From Candidatus Sulfomarinibacteraceae bacterium (lineage in GTDB: Bacteria; Acidobacteriota; Thermoanaerobaculia; Thermoanaerobaculales; Sulfomarinibacteraceae): 64,000 nt of DNA. The notes beneath the pieces were generated by a model. That model saw only the letters and a list, made by a program, of their open reading frames with translations. It ran no database searches and was not told where the DNA came from. Position numbers and translations under genes: made by a program. Each line of letters begins with the position of its first letter. Position 1 is the stretch's first letter. Positions 1 through 11,808 of this stretch are shown here, in pieces. Location of the stretch: NCBI GenBank assembly GCA_963796455.1, contig CAWCLO010000010.1:544001-608000 (forward strand), in the 5' to 3' direction.

Positions 1-1017
1 TTGTCCACCCTCCACACCGTCTCCCGGTTGGTCGGTTCGAATCTGCTCCTTCGCCAGACCATCTGGGGTGCGGCCGGCCTGCTGGTTCTTCTTCTCATCT
101 CGCGTATCCGTCTGGATCATCTGCAACGCTTGGCTCCCGCGCTTTATGTCATCGGCCTCCTGAGTCTGATCGCCGTCCTGGTTTTTGGTGTGGCGCGAGG
201 CGGCAACCGTGCTTGGATAGCCATCGGCCCACTGACCATCCAACCGAGCGAGTTCGCTCGTCTGTCCACCATTCTGATGGCCGCTGCCTGGTTGGCCCGG
301 CGCGGCGGACGTCAGCTCAAGGTCGGTGAGCTCCTCGCGGCGGTCGCGATCGTCGCCATACCAATGGTCTTGATCGCCGTCGAACCCGATCTCGGTGTTG
401 TGTTCACCTACCTGCCGATTCTCGCCGGCCTCCTCTGGCTGGGAGGGTTGCCACGTCTGGCTTGGATAATGATCATCGTGCTTTTGGTTTTTGGAGCTCA
501 TGCGACGTGGCGCTATGTCCTGAAGCCCTATCAACGAGAACGGATTCTGACCGTCGTGCAACCCGAGCGTGATCCTTTCGGTGCCGGTTACCAGGTCAGA
601 CAATCGAAGATTGCCGTCGGATCGGGCCGCATCGTTGGCCAGGGCCTCGGCCAGGGCAGTCAATCACAACTCCGTTTCCTGCCGGCACAGCACACCGATT
701 TCGCCTTTGCGGTCTGGGCCGAGGCGACCGGTTTTCTCGGCACCACGATCCTGCTGCTGGCATACGCGCTTCTCATCGTTCGAGTCGGCGTCATCGCGCT
801 AACTTCCGACAGTCGGCACGGGCTGGCGTTGGCCGCGCTCATCGGCTTTTGGTTGGTGTTTCAGGTCGTGGTCAATCTCGGAATGGTGCTTGGTTGGCTG
901 CCAACCACCGGAGTCACCTTGCCTCTCTTTTCATATGGCGGATCGTCTCTGATCACCACCTGTGCCGCGCTCGGCGTGGTCCAGTCGGTGTGGCGGCACC
1001 GATTGGTGAATCAGTAA
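1..1017 (+). CDS. rodA: Rod shape-determining protein RodA (FtsW/RodA/SpoVE family), 5' end probably outside the window
   Basis: Multi-TM protein with IQPSEF, EPDLG, GYQ..QS.IA.GSG, LPAQHTDFAF and LPLFSYGGSS motifs; followed by rng. Confidence 0.9.
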   Translation: MSTLHTVSRLVGSNLLLRQTIWGAAGLLVLLLISRIRLDHLQRLAPALYVIGLLSLIAVLVFGVARGGNRAWIAIGPLTIQPSEFARLSTILMAAAWLARRGGRQLKVGELLAAVAIVAIPMVLIAVEPDLGVVFTYLPILAGLLWLGGLPRLAWIMIIVLLVFGAHATWRYVLKPYQRERILTVVQPERDPFGAGYQVRQSKIAVGSGRIVGQGLGQGSQSQLRFLPAQHTDFAFAVWAEATGFLGTTILLLAYALLIVRVGVIALTSDSRHGLALAALIGFWLVFQVVVNLGMVLGWLPTTGVTLPLFSYGGSSLITTCAALGVVQSVWRHRLVNQ

Positions 1018-2504
1018 TGAGCTCGGTGCTCTTTCTCTCCGTCAACCCGTTCGAGACCCGAGTCGCTCTCACGGAGAACTCCCGCCTGGTGTCATTTCGC
1101 GCCGAACGACACCGCGCATCTTCGGTGGTGGGAAACATTTACAAGGGGCGCGTCAATCGTGTGCTGCCCGGTATGCAGGCCGCCTTTGTCGATGTCGGCC
1201 TCCACCGCAACGCCTTCTTGTATGTTCGCGAGGCGGGTGGGATTCTCGACGACTTCACCGACATGTTCATGGGCGACGAGGCGGACGCGCTGCAACCCGA
1301 TGCCGCCAACTCGGACATCTCTGACCTTTTGAGCCAGGGGCAGGAGATCCTGGTCCAGGTCGTCAAAGATCCCATCGGCACCAAAGGCGCCCGGCTGACG
1401 ACCCACGTCAGCCTGCCCGGGCGGTTTCTGGTCTATCTCCCAAATGTGCGGCAGCTCGGTGTCTCGAGGCGAATCACCGATGAGACGGAGCGGACCCGCC
1501 TCAAAGAGATCGTCGAGCAATTTGACGATCCGGGTGGTTGGATCGTGCGTACTGCCGGTGAGGAACAACACGCTGCCGAACTCGAAGCGGATCGGCAATA
1601 CCTGTTGCAGTTGTCGCAACGAATTCAATCCGTCGGCGACCGCTCTCGCGCTCCCGCCCTGGTCCACAGCGAGCTGAGCGCGGTCTTGAGGACCGTACGA
1701 GACCACTTCACTCAGGCCATTTCCGAGGTCTGGATCGATGACGACGAGAGCTTTCAGGAGGTTCTCGACTTTCTCGAGCAATCCGACCCGCAACTCGTAC
1801 CGAGGGTCCAGCTGTACCGGCAGACGAACGATATGCTGAGTTCATTCGGCATCGATCACGAGCTCGAGAAGGCCCTCCGGGCCAAGGTGTGGCTCAAGTC
1901 GGGTGGTTCTCTGGTCGTCAACCAGACCGAGGCCCTGGTGACGATCGATGTCAATACCGGTAAATTCGTGGGTTCGCAGTCTCTCGAAGAGACGGTCTTT
2001 GCCCTCAATCTCGAGGCCACAGTGGAGATCGTGCGCCAGCTCCGCCTCCGGGACCTCGGTGGCATCATCGTCATCGACTTCATCGACATGGAGGAGCCCG
2101 ACCACCGTCAGTCGGTCTACGACACCCTCGCCACCGAATTGGCCGGCGACCCGGCCCGAACGCAGCTCCTTCCGATGAGCGACATCGGTCTCGTGCAGTT
2201 GACCAGAAAACGGACCCGACCGAGCCTCGAACGCACCTTGAGCCGAGAGTGCCCCTATTGCCACGGTTCCGGTCGAATCAAGGCTCTGACCACCGTCTGC
2301 CTCGAAATTCGGCGTGATCTCCTGGCCCTGGCATCCAGCGACCTTGGCCAGCAGGTTTCTGTGACAGTTCACCCGGCGGTCTCGCACTACCTCCAGGGCC
2401 CCTTCCGAGAACTCATGCGTGAGCTTGAAGAGATCCATGGGCTGCAGGTCATCCTCTCGGAAAACCCGCTACTGCACGAAGAACAGTTCGAGATCTCCGA
2501 GTAA
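1017..2504 (+). CDS. rng: Ribonuclease G (Rne/Rng family)
   Basis: GNIYKGRV..VLPGMQAAFVDVG S1 motif, IDVNTG, LRDLGGIIVIDFIDM, CPYC.G.G; ATG 1017 overlaps the rodA TAA. Confidence 0.93.
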   Translation: MSSVLFLSVNPFETRVALTENSRLVSFRAERHRASSVVGNIYKGRVNRVLPGMQAAFVDVGLHRNAFLYVREAGGILDDFTDMFMGDEADALQPDAANSDISDLLSQGQEILVQVVKDPIGTKGARLTTHVSLPGRFLVYLPNVRQLGVSRRITDETERTRLKEIVEQFDDPGGWIVRTAGEEQHAAELEADRQYLLQLSQRIQSVGDRSRAPALVHSELSAVLRTVRDHFTQAISEVWIDDDESFQEVLDFLEQSDPQLVPRVQLYRQTNDMLSSFGIDHELEKALRAKVWLKSGGSLVVNQTEALVTIDVNTGKFVGSQSLEETVFALNLEATVEIVRQLRLRDLGGIIVIDFIDMEEPDHRQSVYDTLATELAGDPARTQLLPMSDIGLVQLTRKRTRPSLERTLSRECPYCHGSGRIKALTTVCLEIRRDLLALASSDLGQQVSVTVHPAVSHYLQGPFRELMRELEEIHGLQVILSENPLLHEEQFEISE

Positions 2505-2517
2505 TTCGCTTCGCGAA

Positions 2518-3591
2518 TTACAGCGCTTCGTACAAGGTGCGGCGTTGCCGGGGTTCGTAACCCGCGCCCCGAATCGTGCGCTCCATATCACCCTGGGACA
2601 TCCGGAATTGTGCACCCGCCGCGGCGACGACATTTTCCTCGAGCATGATCGACCCGAGGTCGTCGGCCCCGAAAAACAGCGACAGCTGGCCCACCTTGGC
2701 GCCCTGTGTCACCCACGATCCCTGGACGTGATCGATGTTGTCGAAGACCAGACGTGAAATGGCGAGGGTTCGCAGATAGTCGAATCCTCCGGAGGTCTCG
2801 ACCTCACCCTCGAGGTCGGTGCTCTGGTCCTGGAAGGTCCACGGAATGAAGGCCGTGAAACCACCCGTCTCGTCCTGCAAATCGCGGACACCGAGGAAGT
2901 GGTCGATCCGCGCGGAGATCTCCTCGCCGACCCCGAACATCATGGTCGCGGTGGTTCGTAGTCCCAGCCCGTGGGCCTCTCGGTGGACCCCGAGCCATTG
3001 CTCGGTGGATGCCTTGGCGCGCGACAGGATGCGACGCCGGGTTTCGTCTTCGAGGATCTCGGCTCCGCCCCCGGGTATGGAGTCGAGCCCGGCCCCCATC
3101 AGGCGCTCGATGATTTCGCGAACGGGGCGCTTTTCCAACTTTGCCAGATACCATATCTCGGGCACCGAAAAGGCGTGCAGGTGGACCTGTGGAAAGTTCT
3201 GTTTGAGATCGCGCAAAAGGTTTTCGTAGTAATCGATCCGGAGCTTTGGATGCACGCCTCCCTGGAGCAGAATACCGGTGCCGCCGGAAGCCACCGTCTC
3301 GGCAACCTTGGCGGCGATTTCATCAAAGGGGAGGACATAGGCGTCATCATCGTTGACGGTTCGATAAAAGGCGCAGAAACGACAGCGATAGACACAGACG
3401 TTGGTGTAGTTGATGTTGCGGTCGATGATGTAGGTGGCAATCCGATCGGGGTTGATTCGCCGGCGCACCTGATCGGCCGCTTGGCCGATTTCGAGAAGAC
3501 CCGCGTCGTCGAAGAGATTCTGAATGTCGCCGCGGTCGAGGCGCTCGCCCGCAACGGCCTTGTCAAGGATAGAATCAACGGAAACAGACAT
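2518..3591 (-). CDS. mqnC: Cyclic dehypoxanthinyl futalosine synthase (radical SAM, futalosine menaquinone pathway)
   Basis: YIIDRNINYTNVC...C.FC radical-SAM motif, DSIPGGGAEIL, GGFTAFIPW, SWVT.G, LEENVV. Confidence 0.88.
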   Translation of the reverse strand: MSVSVDSILDKAVAGERLDRGDIQNLFDDAGLLEIGQAADQVRRRINPDRIATYIIDRNINYTNVCVYRCRFCAFYRTVNDDDAYVLPFDEIAAKVAETVASGGTGILLQGGVHPKLRIDYYENLLRDLKQNFPQVHLHAFSVPEIWYLAKLEKRPVREIIERLMGAGLDSIPGGGAEILEDETRRRILSRAKASTEQWLGVHREAHGLGLRTTATMMFGVGEEISARIDHFLGVRDLQDETGGFTAFIPWTFQDQSTDLEGEVETSGGFDYLRTLAISRLVFDNIDHVQGSWVTQGAKVGQLSLFFGADDLGSIMLEENVVAAAGAQFRMSQGDMERTIRGAGYEPRQRRTLYEAL

Positions 3592-3634
3592 CAATTTACC
3601 TAACAGCCCTCACGGCGACGTTCTTCCCGGAGGT

Positions 3635-3740
3635 GGCTATGGGGCTATGGGGCCATGGGGCGATGGCATGAACCGAGCGACCTCCTCACAGCCTCATAAC
3701 CAGGCCGGGTCAACGGCCGATCATCGCCTCATAGCCCATC
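3635..3740. repeat. Inverted 8-bp tandem repeat arrays between rho and mqnC
   Basis: GGCTATGG GGCTATGG GGCCATGG GGCGATGG at 3635-3666; complementary units CCTCACAGCCTCATAACC at 3684-3701 and TCATCGCC TCATAGCC at 3721-3736. Confidence 0.75.
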
Positions 3741-3743
3741 TCG

Positions 3744-5105
3744 TCAGCCCTGCGACATGGCTTCCAAGAATTCGGCATTGCTTTCGCTCTTCGACAGCCG
3801 CTCCAACAAAAGCTCCATTGCTTCGACGCTCGACAGCGAAGACAGGACCTTGCGCAACACCCAGATGCGCCGGAGTTCCCATTCGTCAATCAAGAGCTCT
3901 TCCTTGCGGGTGCCGGATTTGTGGATATCGATCGACGGGAAGACCCGACGCTCGACCAACTTGCGGTCGAGGTGGACCTCCATGTTGCCGGTGCCCTTGA
4001 ACTCCTCGAAGATCACGTCATCCATCCGCGAGCCGGTGTCGATCAGGGCGGTGCCGACGATGGTCAGACTGCCCCCCTCTTCGATATTGCGCGCCGCACC
4101 AAAGAAGCGCTTGGGTTTCTGCAGCGCGTTGGAGTCGACACCACCGGACAGAACCTTGCCCGACGGGGGCACAACAGTGTTGTAGGCGCGCGCCAGACGA
4201 GTGATGGAGTCGAGCAGGATGACAACGTCACGTTTGTGTTCGACCAGGCGCTTTGCCTTTTCGATCACCATTTCCGCCACCTGCACATGCCGGGTTGCGG
4301 GCTCGTCGAAGGTCGAAGAAATCACCTCGCCCGCCACCGATCGTTCCATGTCGGTGACTTCCTCCGGACGCTCGTCGATGAGCAGCACGATCAGGGTCAC
4401 TTCGGGATCGTTGGTGGTGATCGAGTTGGCGATCGCCTGCAGCATCATGGTCTTACCGGTTCGGGGCGGTGCCACGAGCAGCCCTCGTTGCCCTTTTCCG
4501 AGGGGGGTCACCAGATCCATAACCCGCGCGGTCATGCTTTCGGGCACCTCGAGCTTGAGCCATTCCTCTGGATAGAGCGGCGTCAGATTGTCGAAATGGA
4601 CCTTCTCCATCGCCACCTCGGGTGGCTCGAAGTTGATCGCCTCCACCTTGATCAGCGCAAAGTATCGTTCTCCCTCTTTTGGCGGTCTGATCTGACCGGA
4701 CACCGTGTCACCCGTATGGAGATTGAATCGTCTGATCTGCGACGGCGACACATAGATGTCGTCCGGACCCGGAAGATAGTTGTACTCCGGGGCACGCAGG
4801 AATCCAAAGCCCTCCGGCAGCACCTCGAGCACGCCTTCGCCGAAAATCAGGCCCTCGGCCTCGGTCTGGTGCTGCAGAATCGAGAAGATGAGGTCCTGGC
4901 GACGCATCCCGGCGGGGCTCTCCACCCCGAGGCCCTTGGCCGCCGAACTCAACTGATTGATGCTCATTTCTTTGAGCTGGTTGAGATCCAGGCGACCGTC
5001 GGGAATCGCTTCCTCCGCCGGTGGCTCGAGACCTTCAACATCTTCTTCGAGGTCGAGCGGAATCACCACCGCCTCGTCGCTATCCTTCTTTTTCTTGGTA
5101 ACCAT
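3744..5105 (-). CDS. rho: Transcription termination factor Rho
   Basis: [53 protein letters not shown]; start could also be GTG 5114. Confidence 0.97.
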   Translation of the reverse strand: MVTKKKKDSDEAVVIPLDLEEDVEGLEPPAEEAIPDGRLDLNQLKEMSINQLSSAAKGLGVESPAGMRRQDLIFSILQHQTEAEGLIFGEGVLEVLPEGFGFLRAPEYNYLPGPDDIYVSPSQIRRFNLHTGDTVSGQIRPPKEGERYFALIKVEAINFEPPEVAMEKVHFDNLTPLYPEEWLKLEVPESMTARVMDLVTPLGKGQRGLLVAPPRTGKTMMLQAIANSITTNDPEVTLIVLLIDERPEEVTDMERSVAGEVISSTFDEPATRHVQVAEMVIEKAKRLVEHKRDVVILLDSITRLARAYNTVVPPSGKVLSGGVDSNALQKPKRFFGAARNIEEGGSLTIVGTALIDTGSRMDDVIFEEFKGTGNMEVHLDRKLVERRVFPSIDIHKSGTRKEELLIDEWELRRIWVLRKVLSSLSSVEAMELLLERLSKSESNAEFLEAMSQG

Positions 5106-5709
5106 CTTCCTCACTCCGTTGCTGTTCTCTCCAGCGACCCACGAGGTCGTCGATGTTATTCAATAGATCGCGCCGTCCCTCGCCCGTTCGGACACTCACC
5201 GCCATCGGCGGCACGTGCAACCCGAGCTCACGCTGAACCCGTTGTTGCATCTGAGCGCGATGTCCTCGACCGACCTTGTCGGCCTTTGTCAGCACCACAA
5301 GCTGTCGCAGGCCCGTACCCGCCAACAACTCCTGCAGATCACGATCGCGGGCGGTCAGTCCGTGGCGAATATCAACCAGCGCCACGACCCCGGCGAGACG
5401 CTCTTCCGAGACGAGGTAGCGGCCGAGTTCCCGACCCCACTCGTCACGCAGCTCGCGTCCGACTTTGGCATAACCGTAACCGGGCAGATCCACCAGATAA
5501 AACGACGAGTTGATCAGAAAAAAATTCAGCGTCCGCGTCTTACCCGGAGCCTTCGCGACCTTGGCCATGGACTGGCGAAAGAGCCAATTCAGGAGGCTGG
5601 ATTTACCGACGTTCGACCGTCCGGCGACGGCCACGTGAGGAAACCACTCTTTTGGCCGGTCCTGTTGCCGAAGAGCCGATCCGCGAAAACTTACCTCCGC
5701 GATTTCCAA
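5080..5709 (-). CDS. engB: Ribosome biogenesis GTP-binding protein YihA/YsxC
   Basis: [30 protein letters not shown] start 1 nt after the lon stop. Confidence 0.92.
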   Translation of the reverse strand: MEIAEVSFRGSALRQQDRPKEWFPHVAVAGRSNVGKSSLLNWLFRQSMAKVAKAPGKTRTLNFFLINSSFYLVDLPGYGYAKVGRELRDEWGRELGRYLVSEERLAGVVALVDIRHGLTARDRDLQELLAGTGLRQLVVLTKADKVGRGHRAQMQQRVQRELGLHVPPMAVSVRTGEGRRDLLNNIDDLVGRWREQQRSEEDGYQEKEG

Positions 5710-5710
5710 A

Positions 5711-8110
5711 TCAATGAGCCACCGGTGACGAGTCCGCGCCCGTCCCAGCGTCGCCTGTGGCGGCGGCGACATCCGGATCCACACTCGCGACCAGCGTCTT
5801 GGCCAACACCTCGTCCATGTGTTTGACGAAGTGAAAGGTCATTTCCTCACGAACATCCTCGAGGATGTCTTCGAGATCCTTCTCGTTCTCATCCGGCATC
5901 ACAATCTCGCGGATACCCGCGCGATAGGCTGCCAGGACTTTTTCTTTCAGACCGCCGATCGGCAGAACGTGTCCGCGCAAGGTGATCTCGCCGGTCATGG
6001 CCACATCGACCCGCACCGGCGTTTTGGTGAAGGCCGACACCAGGGCCGTTGCAATGGTGATGCCCGCCGACGGCCCGTCCTTGGGGATCGCGCCCTCGGG
6101 AACGTGGACATGGACATCTGTCTTTTCGAAGACCTCGGTATCAATGCCGAGGATCTCCGCCCTCGAGCGAACAAAGGACAGGGCGGCGCGGGCTGACTCC
6201 TGCATCACATCGCCGAGCTGGCCGGTGAGAGTGAGCTGACCCTTGCCCCGCATCAAAGTCGTTTCGGTGAGCATGATCTCACCACCGACCTGGGTCCACG
6301 CCAGCCCCGCCGCAGCGCCGATCTCGGGTTGTTGCTCACGTCGCTGGGTACGGTACCTGGGTTTGCCGAGAAGCTCACCGAGTTTGTCCGTGTCGATCAC
6401 GATCTCGGTGGCCTTCTTGATCTTGTCCTTGAGGATAGTCCGCGCCACCTTACGACAAACCGAAGCGATTTCCCGCTCGAGATTCCGAACCCCGGCCTCC
6501 CGCGTGTAGCGCTCGATCAAAAGCATCAAGGCTTCGTCACCAAAATCGATCGAGTACTTCTTGAGGCCGTGTTTTTCGATCTGTCGTGGCAACAGAAAAT
6601 GCCGCCCGATCTCTTTTTTCTCCTGGTGGGTGTAGCCCGAAAGTTGGATGACCTCCATCCGGTCGAGAAGCGCCGGCGGAATCGAGTGAGTGACATTTGC
6701 GGTGCAGATGAAGAAGACCTTCGAAAGATCGTATTCGACATCGAGATAATGATCGTGGAAGGTGTGGTTCTGCTCGGGGTCGAGGACTTCGAGCAGGGCG
6801 CCCGCGGGATCACCACGGAAGTCGGCGGCCATCTTGTCGACCTCGTCGAGCAACAGCACCGGATTGACCGTCTCACCCTTGCGCATCATCTGGATGATCT
6901 GGCCGGGGAAGGCCCCGATATAGGTGCGCCGATGGCCGCGGATTTCAGCCTCGTCTCGGACGCCGCCGAGAGAGAGTCGAACGAAGTTGCGACCGGTGGC
7001 TCGTGCGATCGATCGGGCAAGCGAGGTCTTGCCGGTGCCCGGGGGCCCGACAAAACACAGGATCGTGCCCGTGGTCTTGCGGACGAGTTGGCGGACCGCC
7101 AGAAACTCGACGATCCGATCCTTGATCTTTTCCAGACCATAGTGGTCATCGTTGAGGACCTTCTCGGCTCGGGTGATATCTCGAATTTCGCGCGAGGCCT
7201 TGGACCACGGGACCGCCAACAGCCAGTCGACGTAATTCCGTGAAACGCCGGCTTCGGCCGATACCGGCGGCATGCCCTCGAGGCGACGGATCTCGATCTC
7301 GGCCTTTTCCTTCGCTTCCTCGGTCATACCGGATTCTTCGATTTTCGCCTTGAGCTCCTCGAGCTCCTCGGTGTTGTCGTTTCGTCCAAGTTCTTCGTTG
7401 ATCGCCTTGATCTTTTCGGAAAGGTAGTACTCGCGCTGAGCCTTCTCCATCTGCTTTTTGACCCTCGAAGAGATCCGGCGGTCGATATTGAGCTTTTCGA
7501 TCTCCATGTCGAGGAGATCGTTGAGCCGCTGCAGCCTTTCGACCGGGTTGAAAATCTCGAGCAGTCGCTGTTTCTCGGCGGTCGGCTGCGACAGGTGGGC
7601 GGCCAGAATATCGGCAAACTGGTCCGGGTCGTCGGTCTGCAGTGACGCCAGGACGCCCTCGGCCGAGAGGTGGTGGGAAAGTTTGGCGTACTCCTTGAAG
7701 AGCTCCACAAGTTGCTGCATATAGTCATCGATCGTCTCGTCGACGGGCGCCTCGACCCGAATCTTTTCGACGTGGGCGATCAGGCATCCGTCGGCATCTT
7801 CCATCTCGACGAGACGCGCTCTGCTGAGGCCCTCCACCATGACCTTGATGTTGCCCGAGGCCAACTGAAGATGCTGCACGACCCGGGCGATGACACCGAG
7901 GGTGTGGATGTCTTCGGCGCCGGGCTCGTCGACCTTGGGGTCCTTCTGGGTGGCGAGAAAGATCTGCTTGTCAGCGCGATCGAGCGCCCGCTCCAGGGCA
8001 ACCACCGATGGCTGACGGCCCACCACAAACGGTGCCATCATATGGGGATAGACCACCATGTCCCGCAAGGGAACGGCAGGCAGCTGAACGAGTTTGTCTT
8101 GTGTCGTCAT
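5711..8110 (-). CDS. lon: ATP-dependent protease La
   Basis: Lon N-domain, GPPGTGKTS Walker A, PKDGPSAG catalytic Ser, IGGLKEK. Confidence 0.97.
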   Translation of the reverse strand: MTTQDKLVQLPAVPLRDMVVYPHMMAPFVVGRQPSVVALERALDRADKQIFLATQKDPKVDEPGAEDIHTLGVIARVVQHLQLASGNIKVMVEGLSRARLVEMEDADGCLIAHVEKIRVEAPVDETIDDYMQQLVELFKEYAKLSHHLSAEGVLASLQTDDPDQFADILAAHLSQPTAEKQRLLEIFNPVERLQRLNDLLDMEIEKLNIDRRISSRVKKQMEKAQREYYLSEKIKAINEELGRNDNTEELEELKAKIEESGMTEEAKEKAEIEIRRLEGMPPVSAEAGVSRNYVDWLLAVPWSKASREIRDITRAEKVLNDDHYGLEKIKDRIVEFLAVRQLVRKTTGTILCFVGPPGTGKTSLARSIARATGRNFVRLSLGGVRDEAEIRGHRRTYIGAFPGQIIQMMRKGETVNPVLLLDEVDKMAADFRGDPAGALLEVLDPEQNHTFHDHYLDVEYDLSKVFFICTANVTHSIPPALLDRMEVIQLSGYTHQEKKEIGRHFLLPRQIEKHGLKKYSIDFGDEALMLLIERYTREAGVRNLEREIASVCRKVARTILKDKIKKATEIVIDTDKLGELLGKPRYRTQRREQQPEIGAAAGLAWTQVGGEIMLTETTLMRGKGQLTLTGQLGDVMQESARAALSFVRSRAEILGIDTEVFEKTDVHVHVPEGAIPKDGPSAGITIATALVSAFTKTPVRVDVAMTGEITLRGHVLPIGGLKEKVLAAYRAGIREIVMPDENEKDLEDILEDVREEMTFHFVKHMDEVLAKTLVASVDPDVAAATGDAGTGADSSPVAH

Positions 8111-8221
8111 GTGTGGGCTCTTTATCGGTGTGAGGGTGTTCTTTCGATTGGAGACCGATCGGATCGATCGACCTTATTATTCTAACCCGAAATCTTCATG
8201 TCGCGAATCACGAAAACCGGG

Positions 8222-9457
8222 TCAACTGACCTTTCGGACGACGGGCAGGGCCGGAACACGGCGCTCCACGATCTCCCGCGATATGACGAGTTCCTTGAGA
8301 TCCGGCAGGGAGGGAATCTGATACATGATTTCGAGCATCAGCTCCTCGAGGATGATACGGAGCCCGCGCGCCCCGACCTTGCGGCTGATCGCCTCAGTGG
8401 CCACCGCATCCAGGGCGCCGGCGGTGAATTTCAGATCCACCCCCTCGAAACCGAGGACTGTCTGGTACTGACGCACGAGGCAATTGCGGGGCTCGGTGAG
8501 AATCCTGACCAGAGCCTCGTGGTCCAGTTCATGGAGGTTCGCGACCACCGGTATGCGGCCGACGAATTCCGGAATCATCCCGTATCTGATGAGATCTTCG
8601 GGGTGGACCTGCTCCAGCAGCTCCGCCGAACCCGGTTCATTGCCACCGAGATCAACTCCAAAACCGAGGCGCTTCTGATTCAGGCGGTCGGCAATGACCT
8701 CGTCGAGACCGACAAAGGCACCGCCGCAGATAAACAGGATATTGGTGGTGTCGATCTGCAGGAATTCCTGATGGGGGTGTTTTCGCCCACCCTGCGGCGG
8801 CACATTGGCGACCGTGCCCTCGAGAATCTTGAGCAGCGCCTGTTGCACACCCTCTCCGGAAACGTCGCGGGTGATCGAGGGATTCTCCGCCTTGCGGGCC
8901 ACTTTGTCGATTTCGTCGACATAGACGATGCCTCGTTCCGCGGCTTCGCGATCGCCGCCGGCCGCCTGGTACAGCCGGAGCAGGATATTTTCGACATCCT
9001 CACCCACATAACCGGCTTCGGTCAGTGTCGTGGCATCGACGATAGTGAACGGCACCTGGAGTTGCCGGGCAAGAGTCTGCGCGAGCAGGGTCTTTCCGGT
9101 TCCGGTGGGACCGATCAGCAGAATGTTGGATTTGGCGAGCTCCACCTCGTTGTGACCGCGCGCCGATTGGTACTCGATGCGGCGGTAATGGTTGTAGACG
9201 GCAACCGAGAGTTTCTTCTTCGCCGCCTCCTGGCCGATCACATACTCTTCGAGGTGGTTCTTGATTTCGTGCGGTTTTGGAAGGATTTGGTCGCGCGTTT
9301 TGGCTTCGTGAACGCGGTCCTCGGCAATGATGTCGAGGCAGACCTCAACGCACTCGTTACAGATGTACACCGTCGGTCCGGCGATCAGCTTGCGCACCTC
9401 ATGCTGGCTTTTGCCACAGAAACTGCACCGCAGCATGTCACCATCGCGTTGGGACAT
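8222..9457 (-). CDS. clpX: Clp protease ATP-binding subunit ClpX
   Basis: CSFCGK...CNEC zinc finger, [21 protein letters not shown] loop; GGAGG RBS before ATG 9457. Confidence 0.97.
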   Translation of the reverse strand: MSQRDGDMLRCSFCGKSQHEVRKLIAGPTVYICNECVEVCLDIIAEDRVHEAKTRDQILPKPHEIKNHLEEYVIGQEAAKKKLSVAVYNHYRRIEYQSARGHNEVELAKSNILLIGPTGTGKTLLAQTLARQLQVPFTIVDATTLTEAGYVGEDVENILLRLYQAAGGDREAAERGIVYVDEIDKVARKAENPSITRDVSGEGVQQALLKILEGTVANVPPQGGRKHPHQEFLQIDTTNILFICGGAFVGLDEVIADRLNQKRLGFGVDLGGNEPGSAELLEQVHPEDLIRYGMIPEFVGRIPVVANLHELDHEALVRILTEPRNCLVRQYQTVLGFEGVDLKFTAGALDAVATEAISRKVGARGLRIILEELMLEIMYQIPSLPDLKELVISREIVERRVPALPVVRKVS

Positions 9458-9517
9458 CAGATCCTCCAAGGAGCATTGTATAACAAATGACTTCGATGCA
9501 ACACGTTGCTCTGGGTC

Positions 9518-10102
9518 CTATTCTCTGGAAACAATGATTTTGTCGATCAAACCGTAGTCGAGCGCTGCATCGGCTTCGAGGATGAAGTCGCGCTCCGTAT
9601 CATCGTTGATCTTGCTGATTTCCTGACCGGTGTGCGCCGCGAAGATCTCATTGATCCGTTCGCGGAGTCGCATGATGTCTCTGGCGTGGATGTCGATATC
9701 GGAGGCCTGACCCTGGAGACCGTGCATCAATGGTTGGTGCAGGAGCACCCGGCTGTGAGGAAGCGAGAAGCGTTTGTTTTTTGCACCCCCCGCCAACAAA
9801 ACGGCCCCCATCGAAGCGGCCTGGCCCAACGCGATGGTGCAGACATCGGGTTTGACGTACTGCATCGTGTCGTAGATGGCCAGTCCGGCTGTGATGGACC
9901 CGCCGGGAGAGTTGATGTAAAGGAAGATGTCCTTTTCGGGCTTTTCCGCCTCGAGAAAGAGCATCTGGGCAATCACCAGGGATGCGACCTGGTCATCGAT
10001 CGCCGAACCCAGGAAAATCACATTGTCCTTGAGGAGCCGGGAATAGATGTCGTAGGCGCGCTCACCGCGACTGGTTTGCTCCACCACCATCGGGACCAAC
10101 AT
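9518..10102 (-). CDS. clpP: Clp protease proteolytic subunit
   Basis: [24 protein letters not shown]. Confidence 0.97.
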   Translation of the reverse strand: MLVPMVVEQTSRGERAYDIYSRLLKDNVIFLGSAIDDQVASLVIAQMLFLEAEKPEKDIFLYINSPGGSITAGLAIYDTMQYVKPDVCTIALGQAASMGAVLLAGGAKNKRFSLPHSRVLLHQPLMHGLQGQASDIDIHARDIMRLRERINEIFAAHTGQEISKINDDTERDFILEADAALDYGLIDKIIVSRE

Positions 10103-11385
10103 CACCCAACCTCCCCACCGGCGCGGCGGATCATCTCGTCAACCGTTGCTGCGATCCGCGCACCATGACGAATGCGTTCGAGTTTGTGTTCGGCTGCCAG
10201 ATTCGCTTTGTGTTCCGAGGGAGGCAGTCCCTCCCGCGCCGCCTCGGCCGCGATGTAGGTGTCCACATCCGCTTCGGGCACCGCAACCTCCCACGCCTTG
10301 GCGAGTTGCTCGAGAACGAGGGTGTCGAGGACCTCCTGCCGCGCCGCCGGCTCGGCCTTGGCCGCCAACTCCTGCCAGTCGATCTTTTCGGGGTCGACCT
10401 GGATCCCCTGCATTGCCATCGTATAGGCATATCTATCAAGCTGCTCATGCAGCGTCTGTTGAACGAGGGTGGGTGGGAGCTCGCCCTGATCGATTCCGTT
10501 CTGGAGGTGTTCGAGGATGAACTTTCGCCACGCGGTGCGACGGTCGGAGCGTTTCTTTTGCGTGAGCATCTCGCTCACCCGCTGCCGCAACTCCTCGAGG
10601 TTTTCCAGACCGACAGTGGTCGCGAGGTCATCGTCGATCTCAGGCAGGGCTTTGCGCTTGATGGCCTTCACAGCGATCGTGTAGGTGACCGTTTTGCCGG
10701 CTTTATCCTTGTCCTCGAGGTCATCGGGCAGGCTTTTGGTGGCATTTCGTGTGTCGCCGACCTTGGCTCCCTGAAGGGCCTCACTGATCTCGGGCGGAAC
10801 CGATTCCGAGCCGATGATGATCTGCGCCCCCTCTTCCTTGTAGGGCTCATCCTCGCTGTCTTCGACCGCCCCTTCGAGATCGACCTCGGCCAGGAGACCA
10901 TCGGCGGCCTCATCATCCTCGGCCGGCTCCCACACGGCGTGTTCTTCCTGGAGTTTGGCCAGCTCGGCATCGATTTCGTTGTCACCGACCTCCAGGGAGG
11001 CCTCGGGAAGGTCGAGCTCTCCGAGTTCGGAGAGTTCGTAGTTTGGCCGCACCTCGAGCTCGGCGGTCATCTGAAAACCGCCGTCTTCGCCAAACTCCAG
11101 ACTGTTGACCTGCGGATTGGTCAGCGGCTGAATCTCGTCTTCACCATCGAAGACCTCGCGCCACAGAACACCCGTCAGGTGTTCCTGAAGCTCCTCCTGT
11201 ATCTCATCAGCAAAGCGCGCCCGGATCGCTGCCGCCGGCGCCTTGCCGGCGCGAAACCCAGGGACGCTGGCTTTCGAACGAATCGTCCGTACGATCCCGT
11301 CACGTTCGCGGGCAACCGCGTCGGGTTCCAGCGTGGCGGAAATCTCAAGTGTGTGGTTGGCTTTGTGGGTCACGTTGTAGGGCAT
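10102..11385 (-). CDS. tig: Trigger factor
   Basis: [10 protein letters not shown] signature, FKBP-like middle domain, position upstream of clpP-clpX. Confidence 0.92.
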   Translation of the reverse strand: MPYNVTHKANHTLEISATLEPDAVARERDGIVRTIRSKASVPGFRAGKAPAAAIRARFADEIQEELQEHLTGVLWREVFDGEDEIQPLTNPQVNSLEFGEDGGFQMTAELEVRPNYELSELGELDLPEASLEVGDNEIDAELAKLQEEHAVWEPAEDDEAADGLLAEVDLEGAVEDSEDEPYKEEGAQIIIGSESVPPEISEALQGAKVGDTRNATKSLPDDLEDKDKAGKTVTYTIAVKAIKRKALPEIDDDLATTVGLENLEELRQRVSEMLTQKKRSDRRTAWRKFILEHLQNGIDQGELPPTLVQQTLHEQLDRYAYTMAMQGIQVDPEKIDWQELAAKAEPAARQEVLDTLVLEQLAKAWEVAVPEADVDTYIAAEAAREGLPPSEHKANLAAEHKLERIRHGARIAATVDEMIRRAGGEVG

Positions 11386-11416
11386 CTGAACTCCGGTGGT
11401 CCGGTGGGATTCGACG

Positions 11417-11503
11417 TGGTGCGAAAGGGGGGATTCGAACCCCCACGGGGGGGACCCCACGAGATCCTAAGTCTCGCGCGTCTGCCAGTTCCGCCACTTT
11501 CGC
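11417..11503 (-). tRNA. tRNA-Leu(TAG)
   Basis: Reverse complement GCGAAAG...CTTTCGCACCA; anticodon arm CGAGA-CTTAGGA-TCTCG; long variable arm; GTTCGAATC T-loop. Confidence 0.95.
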
Positions 11504-11515
11504 TTACTGAAGAAC

Positions 11516-11591
11516 TGGTGAGCCGTGGAGGAATCGAACCTCCAACCTAGTGATTAAGAGTCACTTGCTCTGCCAATTGAGCTAACGGCCC
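11516..11591 (-). tRNA. tRNA-Lys(CTT)
   Basis: Reverse complement GGGCCGTTAGCTCAATTGG...; anticodon arm AGTGA-CTCTTAA-TCACT; CCA end; 76 nt. Confidence 0.95.
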
Positions 11592-11604
11592 ATAACCGAC
11601 GGTC

Positions 11605-11633
11605 ACTATACGGAAAAACCCGCTGATGAGCAA
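11605..11633 (-). promoter_or_regulatory. Sigma70-type promoter for tRNA-Lys/tRNA-Leu/tig
   Basis: TTGCTC-N17-TATAGT on the minus strand just upstream of tRNA-Lys. Confidence 0.65.
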
Positions 11634-11659
11634 GCTATTTCCCGCGTCAGCGTCCCCGT

Positions 11660-11684
11660 GGATACAGGATGCAGGATGCAGGAT
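11660..11684. repeat. Outer left arm: 7-mer array GGATRCA x3.5
   Basis: GGATACA GGATGCA GGATGCA GGAT; approximately reverse-complementary to 12547-12582. Confidence 0.75.
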
Positions 11685-11724
11685 CACTCTTGTCCAAGAC
11701 CGGGTCTCGGATAGCGTGCAGGAA

Positions 11725-11804
11725 CAGCGACAGGGAACAGCGGACGGCGGCAGCGTTCAGTAGCCAGCGGCAGCGACCAGCGGCCGGGGCAGCGTCAGCG
11801 AACA
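11725..11804. repeat. Inner left arm: degenerate CAGCGN(N) 6-7-bp array
   Basis: CAGCGA CAGGGAA CAGCGGA CGGCGG CAGCGTT ... CAGCGT CAGCGAA; exact 18-, 15- and 13-bp reverse-complement matches to 12351-12419. Confidence 0.8.
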
Positions 11805-11808
11805 ACCC

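Noticed and set aside
11386..11460. N-terminal extension of tig in the ORF track
   Set aside because: It runs through tRNA-Leu; the real start is ATG 11385 with a GGAG RBS
11417..11591. Integrative element at the tRNA-Leu/Lys 3' ends
   Set aside because: No duplicated tRNA 3' fragment or integrase; the repeat cassette lies on the 5' side of the tRNAs
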